A stretch of DNA of 64,000 bases from Paragordius varius (taxonomy: Eukaryota > Animalia > Nematomorpha), in assembly GCA_964247055.1 (NCBI GenBank), contig OZ176052.1, forward strand, positions 13,702,001 through 13,766,000. Direction: 5' to 3'. The position numbers were made by a program, and so were the translations under genes. The notes below the pieces were generated by a model, which did not search any database, was not told the DNA's origin, and worked only from the letters and a program-made list of their open reading frames with translations. Positions 12,801 through 28,500 of this stretch are shown piece after piece; positions within the stretch are counted from its first letter, which is position 1; every line of letters starts with the position of its first letter.

Positions 12801-14155
12801 TACCATAGGGCTACCCAAAAAAAATTATGGTGACATCACCTGATCAAATTTGGATTTTAGGTAGCCATTTTTATTTTTAAAATCGTATAAAATAAATTTT
12901 TTAAATATTTAAAAAATTCATAAAAATTACATTTATACTCCGATCTCGAAAATATTTGGCGTGATGATGGAACTACCATAGGGCTACCCAAAAAAAATTA
13001 TGGTGACATCACCTGATCAAATTTGGATTTTAGGTAGCCATTTTTATTTTTAAAATCGTATAAAATAAATTTTTTAAATATTTAAAAAATTCATAAAAGT
13101 TACATTTATAGTCCGATCCCCAAAATATTTGTGGTGATGATGGAACTACCATAGGGCTACCCAAAAAAAATTATGGTGACATCACCTGATCAAATTTGGA
13201 TTTTAGGTAGCCATTTTTATTTTTAACGTATAAAATAAATTTTTTAAATATTTAAAAAATTCAAAAAAATTACATTTATACTCCGATCTCGACAATATTT
13301 GGGGTGATGATGGAATTACCATAGGGCTACCCAAAAAAAATTATGGTGACATCACCTGATCAAATTTGGATTTTAGGTAGCCATTTTTATTTTTAAAATC
13401 GTATAAAATAAATTTTTTAAATATTTAAAAAATTCATAAAAATTACATTTATACTCCGATCTCGAAAATATTTGGGGTGATGATGGAACTACCATAGGGC
13501 TACCCAAAAAAAATTATGGTGACATCACCTGATCAAATTTGGATTTTAGGTAGCCATTTTTATTTTTAAAATTGTATAAAATAAATTTTTTAAATATTTA
13601 AAAAATAGATAAAAATTACATTTATAGTCCGATCCCCAAAATATTTGGGGTGATGATGGAACTACCATAGGGCTACCCAAAAAAAATTATGGCGACATCA
13701 CCTTGATCAAATTTGGATTTTAGGTAGCCATTTTTATTTTTAAAATCGTATAAAATAAATTTTTTAAATATTTAAAAAATTTATAAAAATTACATTTATA
13801 CTCCGATCTCAAAAATATTTGGGGTGATGATGGAACTACTATAGGGCTACCCAAAAAAAATTATGGCGAAATCATCTGATCAAATTTGGATTTTAGGTAG
13901 CCATTTTTATTTTTAAAATCGTATAAAATAAATTTTTTAAATATTTAAAAAATTCATAAAAATTACATTTATACTCCGATCTCAAAAAAATTTGGGGTTA
14001 TGATGGAACTACTATAGGGCTACCCAAAAAAAATTATGGCGACATCACCTGATCAAATTTGGATTTTAGGTAGCCATTTTTATTTTTAAAATCGTATAAA
14101 ATAAATTTTTTAAATATTTAAAAAATTCATAAAAATTACATTTAAAGTCCGATCT
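6890..14155. repeat. Nested higher-order repeat: an 11-mer duplication (~1900 bp) inside a 20-mer (11+9) tandem duplication (~3451 bp)
   Basis: The CACCTTGATC insertion occurs at 8354, 10251, 11805 and 13703 (spacings 1897, 1554, 1898). The GAT deletion occurs only at 9171 and 12623 (+3452). The ACATTATAC deletion occurs only at 7581 and 11032 (+3451). GTGATAATGG occurs at 6921, 8821 and 12272. Confidence 0.92.
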
Positions 14156-15368
14156 CAAAAATATTTGGAGTTATGATGGAACTACCATAGGGCTACCCAA
14201 AAAAAATTATGGCGACATCACCTGATCAAATTTGGATTTTAGGTAGCCATTTTTATTTTTAAAATCGTATAAAATAAATTTTTTAAATATTTAAAAAATT
14301 CATAAAAATTACATTTATACTCCGATCTCAAAAATATTTGGGGTGATGATGGAACTACTATAGGGCTACCCAAAAAAAATTATGGCGACATCACCTGATC
14401 AAATTTGGATTTTAGGTAGCCATTTTTATTTTTAAAATCGTATAAAATAAATTTTTTAAATATTTAAAAAATTCATAAAAATTACATTTAAAGTCCGATC
14501 TCAAAAATATTTGGAGTTATGATGGAACTACCATAGGGCTACCCAAAAAAAATTATGTCGACATCACCTGATCAAATTTGGATTTTAGGTAGCCATTTTT
14601 ATTTTTAAAATCGTATAAAATAAATTTTTTAAATATTTAAAAAATTCATAAAAATTACATTTATACTCCGATCTCAAAAATATTTGGGGGGATGATGGAA
14701 CTACTATAGGGCTACCCAAAAAAAATTATGGCGACATCACCTGATCAAATTTAAATTTTAGGTAGCCATTTTTATTTTTAAAATCGTATAAAAAAATTTT
14801 TTCAAATATTTAAAAAATTTATAAAAATTACATTTAAAGTCCGATCTCAAAAATATTTGGGGTTATGATGGAACTACCATAGGGCTACCCAAAAAAAAAT
14901 ATGGCGACATCACCTGATCAAATTTGGATTTTAGGTAGCCATTTTTATTTTTAAAATCGTATAAAATAAATTTTTTAAATATTTAAAAAATTCATAAAAA
15001 TTACAGTTATAGTCCGATCCCCAAAATATTTGGGGTGATGATGGAACTACCATAGGGCTACCCAAAAAAATTATAGTGACATCACCTGATCAAATTTGGA
15101 TTTTAGGTAGCCATTTTTATTTTTAAAATCGTATAAAATAAATTTTTTAAATATTTAAAAAATTCATAAAAATTACATTTATACTCCGATCTCGAAAATA
15201 TTTGGGGTGATGATGGAACTACCATAGGGCTACCCAAAAAAAATTATGGTGACATCACCTGATCAAATTTAGATTTTAGGTAGCCATTTTTATTTTTAAA
15301 ATCGTATAAAATAAATTTTTTAAATATTTAAAAAATTCATAAAAATTACATTTATAGTCCGATCCCCA

Positions 15369-17530
15369 AAATATTTGGGGTGATGATGGAACTACCATAG
15401 GTCTACCCAAAAAAAATTATGGCGACATCACCTGATCAAATTTGGATTTTAGGTAGCCATTTTTATTTTTAAAATCGTATAAAATAAATTTTTTAAATAT
15501 TTAAAAAATTCATAAAAATTACATTTATACTCCGATCTCGAAAATATTTGGGGTGATGATGGAAATACCATAGCGCTACCCAAAAAAAATTATGGTGACA
15601 TCACCTGATCAAATTTGGATTTTAGGTAGCCATTTTTATTTTTAAAATCGTATAAAATAAATTTTTTAAATATTTAAAAAATTCAAAAAAATTACATTTA
15701 TACTCCGATCTCAAAAATATTTGGGGTTATGATGGAACTACTATAGGGCTACCCAAAAAAAATTATGGCGACATCACCTGATCAAATTTGGATTTTAGGT
15801 AGCCATTTTTATTTTTAAAATCGTATAAAATAAATTTTTTAAATATTTAAAAAATTCATAAAAATTACATTTAACGATCTCAAAAATATTTGGGGTTATG
15901 ATGGAACTACTATAGGGCTACCCAAAAAAAATTATGGCGACATCACCTGATCAAATTTGGATTTTAGGTAGCCATTTTTATTTTTAAAATCGTATAAAAT
16001 AAATTTTTTAAATATTTAAAAAATTCATAAAAATTACATTTATACTCCGATCTCAAAAATATTTGGGGTGATGATGGAACTACTATAGGGCTACCCAAAA
16101 AAAATTATGGCGACATCACCTGATCAAATTTGGATTTTAGGTAGCCATTTTTATTTTTAAAATCGTATAAAATAAATTTTTTAAATATTTAAAAAATTCA
16201 TAAAAATTACATTTATAGTCCGATCCCCAAAGTATTTGGGGTGATGATGGAACTATCATAGGGCTACCCAAAAAAAATTATGGCGACATCACCTGATCAA
16301 ATTTGGATTTTAGGTAGCCATTTTTATTTTTAAAATCGTATAAAATAAATTTTTTAAATATTTAAAAAATTCAAAAAAATTACATTTATACTCCGATCTC
16401 GACAATATTTGGGGTGATGATGGAACTACCATAGGGCTACCCAAAAAAAATTATGGGGATATCACCTGATCAAATTTGGATTTTAGGTAGCCATTTTTAT
16501 TTTTAAAATCGTATAAAATAAATTTTTTAAATATTTAAAAAATTCATAAAAATTACATTTATAGTCCGATCCCCAAAGTATTTGGGGTGATGATGGAACT
16601 ATCATAGGGCTACCCAAAAAAAATTATGGCGACATCACCTGATCAAATTTGGATTTTAGGTAGCCATTTTTATTTTTAAAATCGTATAAAATAAATTTTT
16701 TAAATATTTAAAAAATCCATAAAAATTACATTTATACTCCGATCCCCAAAATATTTGGGGTGATGATGGAACTACCATAGGGCTACCCAAAAAAAATTAT
16801 GGCGACATCACCTGATCAAATTTGGATTTTAGGTAGCCATTTTTATTTTTGAAATCGTATAAAAAAAATTTTTCAAATATTTAAAAAATTTATAAAAATT
16901 ACTTTTAAAGTCCGATCTCAAAAATATTTGGGGTTATGATGGAACTACCATAGGGCTACCCAAAAAAAATTATGGCGACATCACCTGATCAAATTTGGAT
17001 TTTAGGTAGCCATTTTTATTTTTTAAATCGTATAAAATAAATTTTTTAAATATTTAAAAAATTCATAAAAATTACATTTATAGTCCGATCCCCAAAATAT
17101 TTGGGGTGATGATGGAACTACCATAGGGCTACCCAAAAAAAATTATGGCGACATCACCTGATCAAATTTGGATTTTAGGTAGCCATTTTTATTTTTAAAA
17201 TCGTATAAAATAAATTTTTTAAATATTTAAAAAATTCATAAAAATTACATTTATAGTCCGATCCCCAAAATATTTGGGGTGATGATGGAACTACCATAGG
17301 GCTACCCAAAAAAAATTATGGCGACATCACCTGATCAAATTTGGATTTTAGGTAGCCATTTTTATTTTTAAAATCGTATAAAATAAATTTTTTAAATATT
17401 TAAAAAATTCATAAAAATTACATTTATACTCCGATCTCAAAAATATTTGGGGTTATGATGGAACTACTATAGGGCTACCCAAAAAAAATTATGGCGACAT
17501 CACCTGATCAAATTTGGATTTTAGGCCATT
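15369..17530. repeat. Displaced, partly rearranged copy of the block at ~1-2740 (offset ~15,368 bp)
   Basis: The rare alleles GGTCTACC (32/15400) and GGAAATACCATAGCGC (193/15561) recur at +15368. GGGGATATCA (1091/16455) and the ACTTTTAAAG monomer (~2050/~16900) are also shared. Confidence 0.85.
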
Positions 17531-18799
17531 TTTATTTTTAAAATCGTATAAAATAAATTTTTTAAATATTTAAAAAATTAATAAAAATTACATTTAAAGT
17601 CCGATCTCAAAAATATTTGGGGTTATGATGGAACTACTATAGGGCTACCCAAAAAAAATTATGGCGACATCACCTGATCAAATTTGGATTTTAGGTAGCC
17701 ATTTTTATTTTTAAAATCGTATAAAATAAATTTTTTAAATATTTAAAAAATTCATAAAAATTACATTTAAAGTCCGATCTCAAAAATATTTGGGGTTATG
17801 ATGGAACTACCATAGGGCTACCCAAAAAAATTATGGCGACATCACCTGATCAAATTTGGATTTTAGGTAGCCATTTTTATTTTTAAAATCGTATAAAATA
17901 AATTTTTTAAATATTTAAAAAATTCAAAAAAATTACATTTATACTCCGATCTCGACAATATTTGGGGTGATGATGGAACTACCATAGGGCTACCCAAAAA
18001 AAATTATGGGGACATCACCTGATCAAATTTGGATTTTAGGTAGCCATTTTTATTTTTAAAATCGTAAAAAATAAATTTTTTAAATATTTAAAAAATTCAT
18101 AAAAATTACATTTATACTCCGATCTCGAAAATATTTGGGGTGATGATGGAACTACTATAGGGCTAGCCAAAAAAAATTATGGCGACATCACCTGATCAAA
18201 TTTGGATTTTAGGTAGCCATTTTTATTTTTAAAATCGTATAAAATAAATTTTTTAAATATTTAAAAAATTCATAAAAATTACATTTATACTCCGATCTCA
18301 AAAATATTTGGGGTGATGATGGAACTACTATAGGGCTACCCAAAAAAAATTATGGCGACATCACCTGATCAAATTTGGATTTTAGGTAGCCATTTTTATT
18401 TTTAAAATCGTATAAAATAAATTTTTTAAATATTTAAAAAATTCATAAAAATTGCATTTAAAGTCCGATCTCAAAAATATTTGGGGTTATGATGGAACTA
18501 CCATAGGGCTACCCAAAAAAAATATGGCGACATCACCTGATCAAATTTGGATTTTAGGTAGCCATTTTTATTTTTAAAATCGTATAAAATAAATTTTTTA
18601 AATATTTAAAAAATTCAAAAAAATTACATTTATACTCCGATCTCGACAATATTTGGGGTGATGATGGAACTACCATAGGGCTACCCAAAAAAAATTATGG
18701 TGACATCACCTGATCAAATTTGGATTTTAGGTAGCCATTTTTATTTTTAAAATCGTATAAAATAAATTTTTTAAATATTTAAAAAATTCATAAAAATTA

Positions 18800-21220
18800 C
18801 ATTTATACTCCGATCTCAAAAATATTTGGGGTGATGATGGAACTACTATAGGGCTACCCAAAAAAAATTATGGCGACATCACCTGATCAAATTTGGATTT
18901 TAGGTAGCCATTTTTATTTTTAAAATCGTATAAAATAAATTTTTTAAATATTTAAAAAATTCATAAAAATTACATTTATAGTCCGATCCCCAAAGTATTC
19001 GGGGTGATGATGGAACTACCATAGGGCTACCCAAAAAAAATTATGGCGACATCACCTGATCAAATTTGGATTTTAGGTAGCCATTTTTATTTTTAAAATC
19101 GTATAAAATAAATTTTTTAAATATTTAAAAAATTCATAAAAATTACATTTATACTCCGATCTCGAAAATATTTGGGGTGATGATGGAACTACCATAGGGC
19201 TAACCAAAAAAAATTATGGTGACATCACCTGATCAAATTTGGATTTTAGGTAGCCATTTTTATTTTTAAAATCGTATAAAATAAATTTTTTAAATATTTA
19301 AAAAATTCATAAAAATTACATTTATAGTCCGATCTCGAAAATATTTGAGGTGATGATGGAACTACCATAGGGCTACCCAAAAAAATTATAGTGACATCAC
19401 CTGATCAAATTTGGATTTTAGGTAGCCATTTTTATTTTTAAAATCGTATAAAATAAATTTTTTAAATATTTAAAAAATTCATAAAAATTACATTTATACT
19501 CCGATCTCGAAAATATTTGGGGTGATGATGGAACTACCATAGGGCTACCCAAAAAAAATTATGGTGACATCACCTGATCAAATTTGGATTTTAGGTAGCC
19601 ATTTTTATTTTTAAAATCGTATAAAATAAATTTTTTAAATATTTAAAAAATTCATAAAAATTACATTTATAGTCCGATCCCCAAAATATTTGGGGTGATG
19701 ATGGAACTACCATAGGGCTACCCAAAAAAAATTATGGTGACATCACCTGATCAAATTTGGATTTTAGGTAGCCATTTTTATTTTTAAAATCGTATAAAAT
19801 AAATTTTTTAAATATTTAAAAAATTCATAAAAATTACATTTATACTCCGATCTCGAAAATATTTGGGGTGATAATGGAACTACCATAGGGCTACCCAAAA
19901 AAATTATAGTGACATCACCTGATCAAATTTGGATTTGGCCATTTTTATTTTTAAAATCGTATAAAATAAATTTTTTAAATATTTAAAAAATTCATAAAAA
20001 TTACATTTATACTCCGATCTCAAAAATATTTGGGGTGATGATGGAACTACTATAGGGCTACCCAAAAAAAATTATGGCGACATCACCTGATCAAATTTGG
20101 ATTTTAGGTAGCCATTTTTATTTTTAAAATCGTATAAAATAAATTTTTTAAATATTTAAAAAATTCATAAAAATTACATTTATAGTCCGATCCCCAAAGT
20201 ATTCGGGGTGATGATGGAACTACCATAGGGCTACCCAAAAAAAATTATGGCGACATCACCTGATCAAATTTGGATTTTAGGTAGCCATTTTTATTTTTAA
20301 AATCGTATAAAATAAATTTTTTAAATATTTAAAAAATTCATAAAAATTACATTTATACTCCGATCTCGAAAATATTTGGGGTGATGATGGAACTACCATA
20401 GGGCTAACCAAAAAAAATTATGGTGACATCACCTGATCAAATTTGGATTTTAGGTAGCCATTTTTATTTTTAAAATCGTATAAAATAAATTTTTTAAATA
20501 TTTAAAAAATTCATAAAAATTACATTTATAGTCCGATCTCGAAAATATTTGAGGTGATGATGGAACTACCATAGGGCTACCCAAAAAAATTATAGTGACA
20601 TCACCTGATCAAATTTGGATTTTAGGTAGCCATTTTTATTTTTAAAATCGTATAAAATAAATTTTTTAAATATTTAAAAAATTCATAAAAATTACATTTA
20701 TACTCCGATCTCGAAAATATTTGGGGTGATGATGGAACTACCATAGGGCTACCCAAAAAAAATTATGGTGACATCACCTGATCAAATTTGGATTTTAGGT
20801 AGCCATTTTTATTTTTAAAATCGTATAAAATAAATTTTTTAAATATTTAAAAAATTCATAAAAATTACATTTATAGTCCGATCCCCAAAATATTTGGGGT
20901 GATGATGGAACTACCATAGGGCTACCCAAAAAAAATTATGGTGACATCACCTGATCAAATTTGGATTTTAGGCAGCCATTTTTATTTTTAAAATCGTATA
21001 AAATAAATTTTTTAAATATTTAAAAAATTCATAAAAATTACATTTATACTCCGATCTCGAAAATATTTGGGGTGATAATGGAACTACCATAGGGCTACCC
21101 AAAAAAATTATAGTGACATCACCTGATCAAATTTGGATTTGGCCATTTTTATTTTTAAAATCGTATAAAATAAATTTTTTAAATATTTAAAAAATTCATA
21201 AAAATTACATTTATACTCCG
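18800..21220. repeat. 7-mer tandem duplication (1204 bp)
   Basis: The GGATTTGGCC deletion (19937/21141) and TTTGAGGTG (19347/20551) both recur at +1204. GGGCTAACC and AGTATTCGGGG are also shared. Confidence 0.9.
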
Positions 21221-24200
21221 ATCTCGAAAATATTTGGGGTGATGATGGAACTACCATAGGGCTACCCAAAAAAAATTATGGTGACATCACCTGATCAAAT
21301 TTGGATTTTAGGTAGCCATTTTTATTTTTAAAATCGTATAAAATAAATTTTTTAAATATTTAAAAAATTCATAAAAATTACATTTATAGTCCGATCCCCA
21401 AAAAATTTGGGGTGAGATGGAACTACCATAGGGCTACCCAAAAAAAATTATGGCGACATCACCTGATAAAATTTGGATTTTAGGTAGCCATTTTTATTTT
21501 TAAAATCGTATAAAATAAATTTTTTAAATATTTAAAAAATTCATAAAAATTACATTTATAGTCCGATCCCCAAAGTATTCAGGGTGATGATGGAACTACC
21601 ATAGGGCTACCCAAAAAAAATTATGGCGACATCACCTGATCAAATTTGGATTTTAGGTAGCCATTTTTATTTTTAAAATCGTATAAAATAAATTTTTTAA
21701 ATATTTAAAAAATTCAAAAAATTACATTTATACTCCGATCTCCAATATTTGGGGTGATGATGGAACTACCATAGGGCTACCCAAAAAAATTATAGTGACA
21801 TCACCTGATCAAATTTGGATTTTAGGTAGCCATTTTTATTTTTAAAATCGTATAAAATAAATTTTTTAAATATTTAAAAAATTCATAAAAATTACATTTA
21901 TACTCCGATCTCGAAAATATTTGGGGTGATGATGGAACTACCATAGGGCTACCCAAAAAAAATTATGGTGACAACACCTGATCAAATTTGGATTTTAGGT
22001 AGCCATTTTAATTTTTAATATCGTATAAAATAAATTTTTTAAATATTTAAAAAATTCATAAAAATTACATTTATACTCCGATCTCGAAAATATTTGGTGT
22101 GATGATGGAACTACCATAGGGCTACCCAAAAAAAATTATGGTGACATCACCTGATCAAATTTGGATTTTAGGTAGCCATTTTTATTTTTAAAATCGTATA
22201 AAATAAATTTTTTAAATATTTAAAAAATTCATAAAAATTACATTTATACTCCGATCTCGAAAATATTTGGGGTGATGATGGAACTACCATAGGGCTACCC
22301 AAAAAAATTATAGTGACATCACCTGATCAAATTTGGATTTTAGGTAGCCATTTTTATTTTTAAAATCGTATAAAATTAATTTTTCAAATATTTAAAAAAT
22401 TCATAAAAATTACATTTATACTCCGATCTCGAAAATATTTGGGGTGATGATGGAACTACCATAGGGCTACCCAAAAAAATTATAGTGACATCACCTGATC
22501 AAATTTGGATTTTAGGTAGCCATTTTTATTTTTAAAATCGTATAAAATAAATTTTTTAAATATTTAAAAAATTCATAAAAATTACATTTATACTCCGATC
22601 TCGAAAATATTTGGGGTGATGATGGAACTACCATAGGGCTACCCAAAAAAAATTATGGTGACATCACCTGATCAAATTTGGATTTTAGGTAGCCATTTTT
22701 ATTTTTAAAATCGTATAAAATAAATTTTTTAAATATTTAAAAAATTCATAAAAATTACATTTATAGTCCGATCCCCAAAATATTTGGGGTGATGATGGAA
22801 CTACCATAGGGCTACCCAAAAAAAATTATGGTGACATCACCTGATCAAATTTGGATTTTAGGCAGCCATTTTTATTTTTAAAATCGTATAAAATAAATTT
22901 TTTAAATATTTAAAAAATTCATAAAAATTACATTTATACTCCGATCTCGAAAATATTTGGGGTGATAATGGAACTACCATAGGGCTACCCAAAAAAATTA
23001 TAGTGACATCACCTGATCAAATTTGGATTTGGCCATTTTTATTTTTAAAATCGTATAAAATAAATTTTTTAAATATTTAAAAAATTCATAAAAATTACAT
23101 TTATACTCCGATCTCGAAAATATTTGGGGTGATGATGGAACTACCATAGGGCTACCCAAAAAAAATTATGGTGACATCACCTGATCAAATTTGGATTTTA
23201 GGTAGCCATTTTTATTTTTAAAATCGTATAAAATAAATTTTTTAAATATTTAAAAAATTCATAAAAATTACATTTATAGTCCGATCCCCAAAAAATTTGG
23301 GGTGAGATGGAACTACCATAGGGCTACCCAAAAAAAATTATGGCGACATCACCTGATAAAATTTGGATTTTAGGTAGCCATTTTTATTTTTAAAATCGTA
23401 TAAAATAAATTTTTTAAATATTTAAAAAATTCATAAAAATTACATTTATAGTCCGATCCCCAAAGTATTCAGGGTGATGATGGAACTACCATAGGGCTAC
23501 CCAAAAAAAATTATGGCGACATCACCTGATCAAATTTGGATTTTAGGTAGCCATTTTTATTTTTAAAATCGTATAAAATAAATTTTTTAAATATTTAAAA
23601 AATTCAAAAAATTACATTTATACTCCGATCTCCAATATTTGGGGTGATGATGGAACTACCATAGGGCTACCCAAAAAAATTATAGTGACATCACCTGATC
23701 AAATTTGGATTTTAGGTAGCCATTTTTATTTTTAAAATCGTATAAAATAAATTTTTTAAATATTTAAAAAATTCATAAAAATTACATTTATACTCCGATC
23801 TCGAAAATATTTGGGGTGATGATGGAACTACCATAGGGCTACCCAAAAAAAATTATGGTGACAACACCTGATCAAATTTGGATTTTAGGTAGCCATTTTA
23901 ATTTTTAATATCGTATAAAATAAATTTTTTAAATATTTAAAAAATTCATAAAAATTACATTTATACTCCGATCTCGAAAATATTTGGTGTGATGATGGAA
24001 CTACCATAGGGCTACCCAAAAAAAATTATGGTGACATCACCTGATCAAATTTGGATTTTAGGTAGCCATTTTTATTTTTAAAATCGTATAAAATAAATTT
24101 TTTAAATATTTAAAAAATTCATAAAAATTACATTTATACTCCGATCTCGAAAATATTTGGGGTGATGATGGAACTACCATAGGGCTACCCAAAAAAATTA

Positions 24201-24360
24201 TAGTGACATCACCTGATCAAATTTGGATTTTAGGTAGCCATTTTTATTTTTAAAATCGTATAAAATTAATTTTTCAAATATTTAAAAAATTCATAAAAAT
24301 TACATTTATACTCCGATCTCGAAAATATTTGGGGTGATGATGGAACTACCATAGGGCTAC
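20560..24360. repeat. 11-mer tandem duplication (1890 bp), overlapping the 7-mer block
   Basis: Six markers recur at +1890: GGCAGCC (20971/22861), GGTGAGATGG (21411/23301), TCCAATATT (21741/23631), ACAACACC (21971/23861), the GGCC deletion allele (21141/23031) and TTTTCAAATA (22381/24271). Confidence 0.92.
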
Positions 24361-25599
24361 CCAAAAAAAATTATGGTGACATCATTTGATCAAATTTGGA
24401 TTTTAGGTAGCCATTTTTATTTTTAAAATCGTATAAAATAAATTTTTTAAATAATTAAAAAATTCATAAAAATTACATTTATACTCCGATCTCGAAAATA
24501 TTTGGGCTGATGATGGAACTACCATAGGGCTACCCAAAAAAAATTATGGTGACATCACCTGATCAAATTTGGATTTTAGGTAGCCATTTTTATTTTTAAA
24601 ATCGTATAAAATAAATTTTTTAAATATTTAAAAAATTCATAAAAATTACATTTATAGTCCGATCCCCAAAATATTTGGGGTGATGATGGAACTACCATAG
24701 GGCTACCCAAAAAAAATTATGGTGACATCACCTGATCAAATTTGGATTTTAGGTAGCCATTTTTATTTTTAAAATCGTATAAAATAAATTTTTTAAATAT
24801 TTAAAAAATTCATAAAAATTACATTTATACTCCGATCTCGAAAATATTTGGGGTGATGATGGAACTACCATAGAGCTACCCAAAAAAATTATAGTGACAT
24901 CACCTGATCAAATTTGGATTTTAGGTAGCCATTTTTATTTTTAAAATCGTATAAAATAAATTTTTTAAATATTTAAAAAATTCATAAAAATTACATTTAT
25001 ACTCCGATCTCGAAAATATTTGGGGTGATGATGGAACTACCATAGGGCTACCCAAAAAAATTATAGTGACATCACCTGATCAAATTTGGATTTTAGGTAG
25101 CCATTTTTATTTTTAAAATCGTATAAAATAAATTTTTTAAATATTTAAAAAATTCATAAAAATTACATTTATAGTCCGATCCCCAAAATATTTGGGGTGA
25201 TGATGGAACTACCATAGGGCTACGTAAAAAAAATTATGGCGACATCACCTGATCAAATTTGGATTTTAGGTAGCCATTTTTATTTTTAAAATCGTATAAA
25301 ATAAATTTTTTAAATATTTAAAAAATTCATAAAAATTACATTTATAGTCCGATCCCCAAAATATTTGGGGTGATGATGGAACTACCATAGGGCTACCTGG
25401 TGACATCACCTGATCAAATTTGGATTTTAGGTAGCCATTTTTATTTTTAAAATCGTATAAAATAAATTTTTTAAATATTTAAAAAATTCATAAATATTAC
25501 ATTTATACTCCGATCTCGAAAATATTTGGGGTGATGATGGAACTACCATAGGGCTACCCAAAAAAAATTATGGTGACATCACCTGATCAAATTTGGATT

Positions 25600-28500
25600 T
25601 TAGGTAGCCATTTTTATTTTTAAAATCGTAAATAATAAATTTTTTAAATATTTAAAAAATTTATGAAAATTACATTTAGAGTCCGATCCCCAAAGTATTT
25701 GGGGTGATGATGGAACTACCATAGGGCTACGTAAAAAAAATTATGGCGACATCACCTGATCAAATTTGGATTTTAGGTAGCCATTTTTATTTTTAAAATC
25801 GTATAAAATAAATTTTTTAAATATTTAAAAAATTCATAAAAATTACATTTATAGTCCGATCCCCAAAATATTTGGGCTGATGATGGAACTACCATAGGGC
25901 TACCCAAAAAAAATTATGGTGATATCACCTGATCAAATTTGGATTTTAGGTAGCCATTTTTATTTTAAAATCGTATAAAATAAATTTTTTAAATATTAAA
26001 AATTCATAAAAATTACATTTATACTCCGATCTCGAAAATATTTGGGGTGATGATGGAACTACCATAGGGCTACCCAAAACAAATTATGGTGACATCACCT
26101 GATCAAATTTGGATTTTAGGTAGCCATTTTTATTTTTAAAATCGTATAAAATAAATTTTTTAAATATTTAAAAAATTCATAAAAATTACATTTATAGTCC
26201 AATCCCCAAAATATTTGGGGTGATGATGGAACTACCATAGGGCTACCCAAAAAAATTATAGTGACATCACCTGATCAAATTTGGATTTTAGGTAGCCATT
26301 TTTATTTTTAAAATCGTATAAATAAATTTTTTATATATTTAAAAAATTCATAAAAATTACATTTATAGTCCGATCCCCAAAGTATTTGGGGTGATGATGG
26401 AACTACCATAGGGCTACCCAAAAAAAATTATGGTGACATCACCTGATCAAATTTGGATTTTAGGTAGCCATTTTTATTTTTAACATCGTATAAAATAAAT
26501 TTTTTAAATATTTAAAAAATTCATAAAAATTACATTTATAGTCCGATCCCCAAAGTATTTGGGGTGATGATGGAACTACCATAGGGCTACCCAAAAAAAA
26601 TTATGGCGACATCACCTGATCAAATTTGGATTTTAGGTAGCCATTTTTATTTTTAAAATCGTATAAAATAAATTTTTTAAATATTTAAAAAATTCATAAA
26701 AATTACATTTATACTCCGATCTCGAAAATATTTGGGGTGATGATGGAACTACCATAGGGCTACCTAAAAAAATTATAGTGACATCACCTGATCAAATTTG
26801 GATTTTAGGTAGCCATTTTTATTTTTAAAATCGTATAAAATAAATTTTTTAAATAAAAAATTCATAAAAATTACATTTATAGTCCGATCCCCAAAATATT
26901 TGGGGTGATGATGGAACTACTATAGGGCTACCCAAAAAAAATTATGGCGACATCACCTGATCAAATTTGGATTTTAGGTAGCCATTTTTATTTTTAAAAT
27001 CGTATAAAATAAATTTTTTAAATATTTAAAAAATTCATAAAAATTACATTTATAGTCCGATCCCCAAAATATTTGGGGTAATGATGGAACTACTATAGGG
27101 CTACCCAAAAAAATTATGGCGACATCACCTGATCAAATTTGGATTTTAGGTAGCCATTTTTATTTTTAAAATCGTATAAAATAAATTTTTTAAATATTTA
27201 AAAAATTCATAAAAATTACATTTATACTCCGATCTCGAAAATATTTGGGGTGATGATGGAACTACCATAGGGCTACCCAAAAAAATTATGGTGACATCAC
27301 CTGATCAAATTTGGATTTTAGGTAGCCATTTTTATTTTTAAAATCGTAAATAATAAATTTTTTAAATATTTAAAAAATTTATAAAAATTACATTTAGAGT
27401 CCGATCCCCAAAGTATTTGGGGTGATGATGGAACTACCATAGGGCTACGTAAAAAAAATTATGGCGACATCACCTGATCAAATTTGGATTTTAGGTAGCC
27501 ATTTTTATTTTTAAAATCGTATAAAATAAATTTTTTAAATATTTAAAAAATTCATAAAAATTACATTTATAGTCCGATCCCCAAAATATTTGGGGTGATG
27601 ATGGAACTACCATAGGGCTACCCAAAAAAAATTATGGTGATATCACCTGATCAAATTTGGATTTTAGGTAGCCATTTTTATTTTAAAATCGTATAAAATA
27701 AATTTTTTAAATATTTAAAAAATTCATAAAAATTACATTTATACTCCGATCTCGAAAATATTTGGGGTGATGATGGAACTACCATAGGGCTACCCAAAAC
27801 AAATTATGGTGACATCACCTGATCAAATTTGGATTTTAGGTAGCCATTTTTATTTTTAAAATCGTAAATAATAAATTTTTTAAATATTTAAAAAATTTAT
27901 GAAAATTACATTTAGAGTCCGATCCCCAAAGTATTTGGGGTGATGATGGAACTACCATAGGGCTACGTAAAAAAAATTATGGCGACATCACCTGATCAAA
28001 TTTGGATTTTAGGTAGCCATTTTTATTTTTAAAATCGTATAAAATAAATTTTTTAAATATTTAAAAAATTCATAAAAATTACATTTATAGTCCGATCCCC
28101 AAAATATTTGGGGTGATGATGGAACTACCATAGGGCTACCCAAAAAAAATTATGGTGATATCACCTGATCAAATTTGGATTTTAGGTAGCCATTTTTATT
28201 TTAAAATCGTATAAAATAAATTTTTTAAATATTAAAAATTCATAAAAATTACATTTATACTCCGATCTCGAAAATATTTGGGGTGATGATGGAACTACCA
28301 TAGGGCTACCCAAAACAAATTATGGTGACATCACCTGATCAAATTTGGATTTTAGGTAGCCATTTTTATTTTTAAAATCGTATAAAATAAATTTTTTAAA
28401 TATTTAAAAAATTCATAAAAATTACATTTATAGTCCGATCCCCAAAATATTTGGGGTGATGATGGAACTACCATAGGGCTACCCCAAAAAATTATAGTGA

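Noticed and set aside
25391-25410. Single 12-bp deletion (GGCTACC-TGGTGAC), and other singleton deletions at ~6021, ~15875 and ~58762
   Set aside because: These are unamplified one-off variants with no added structure, so they were treated as ordinary mutation or sequencing error.
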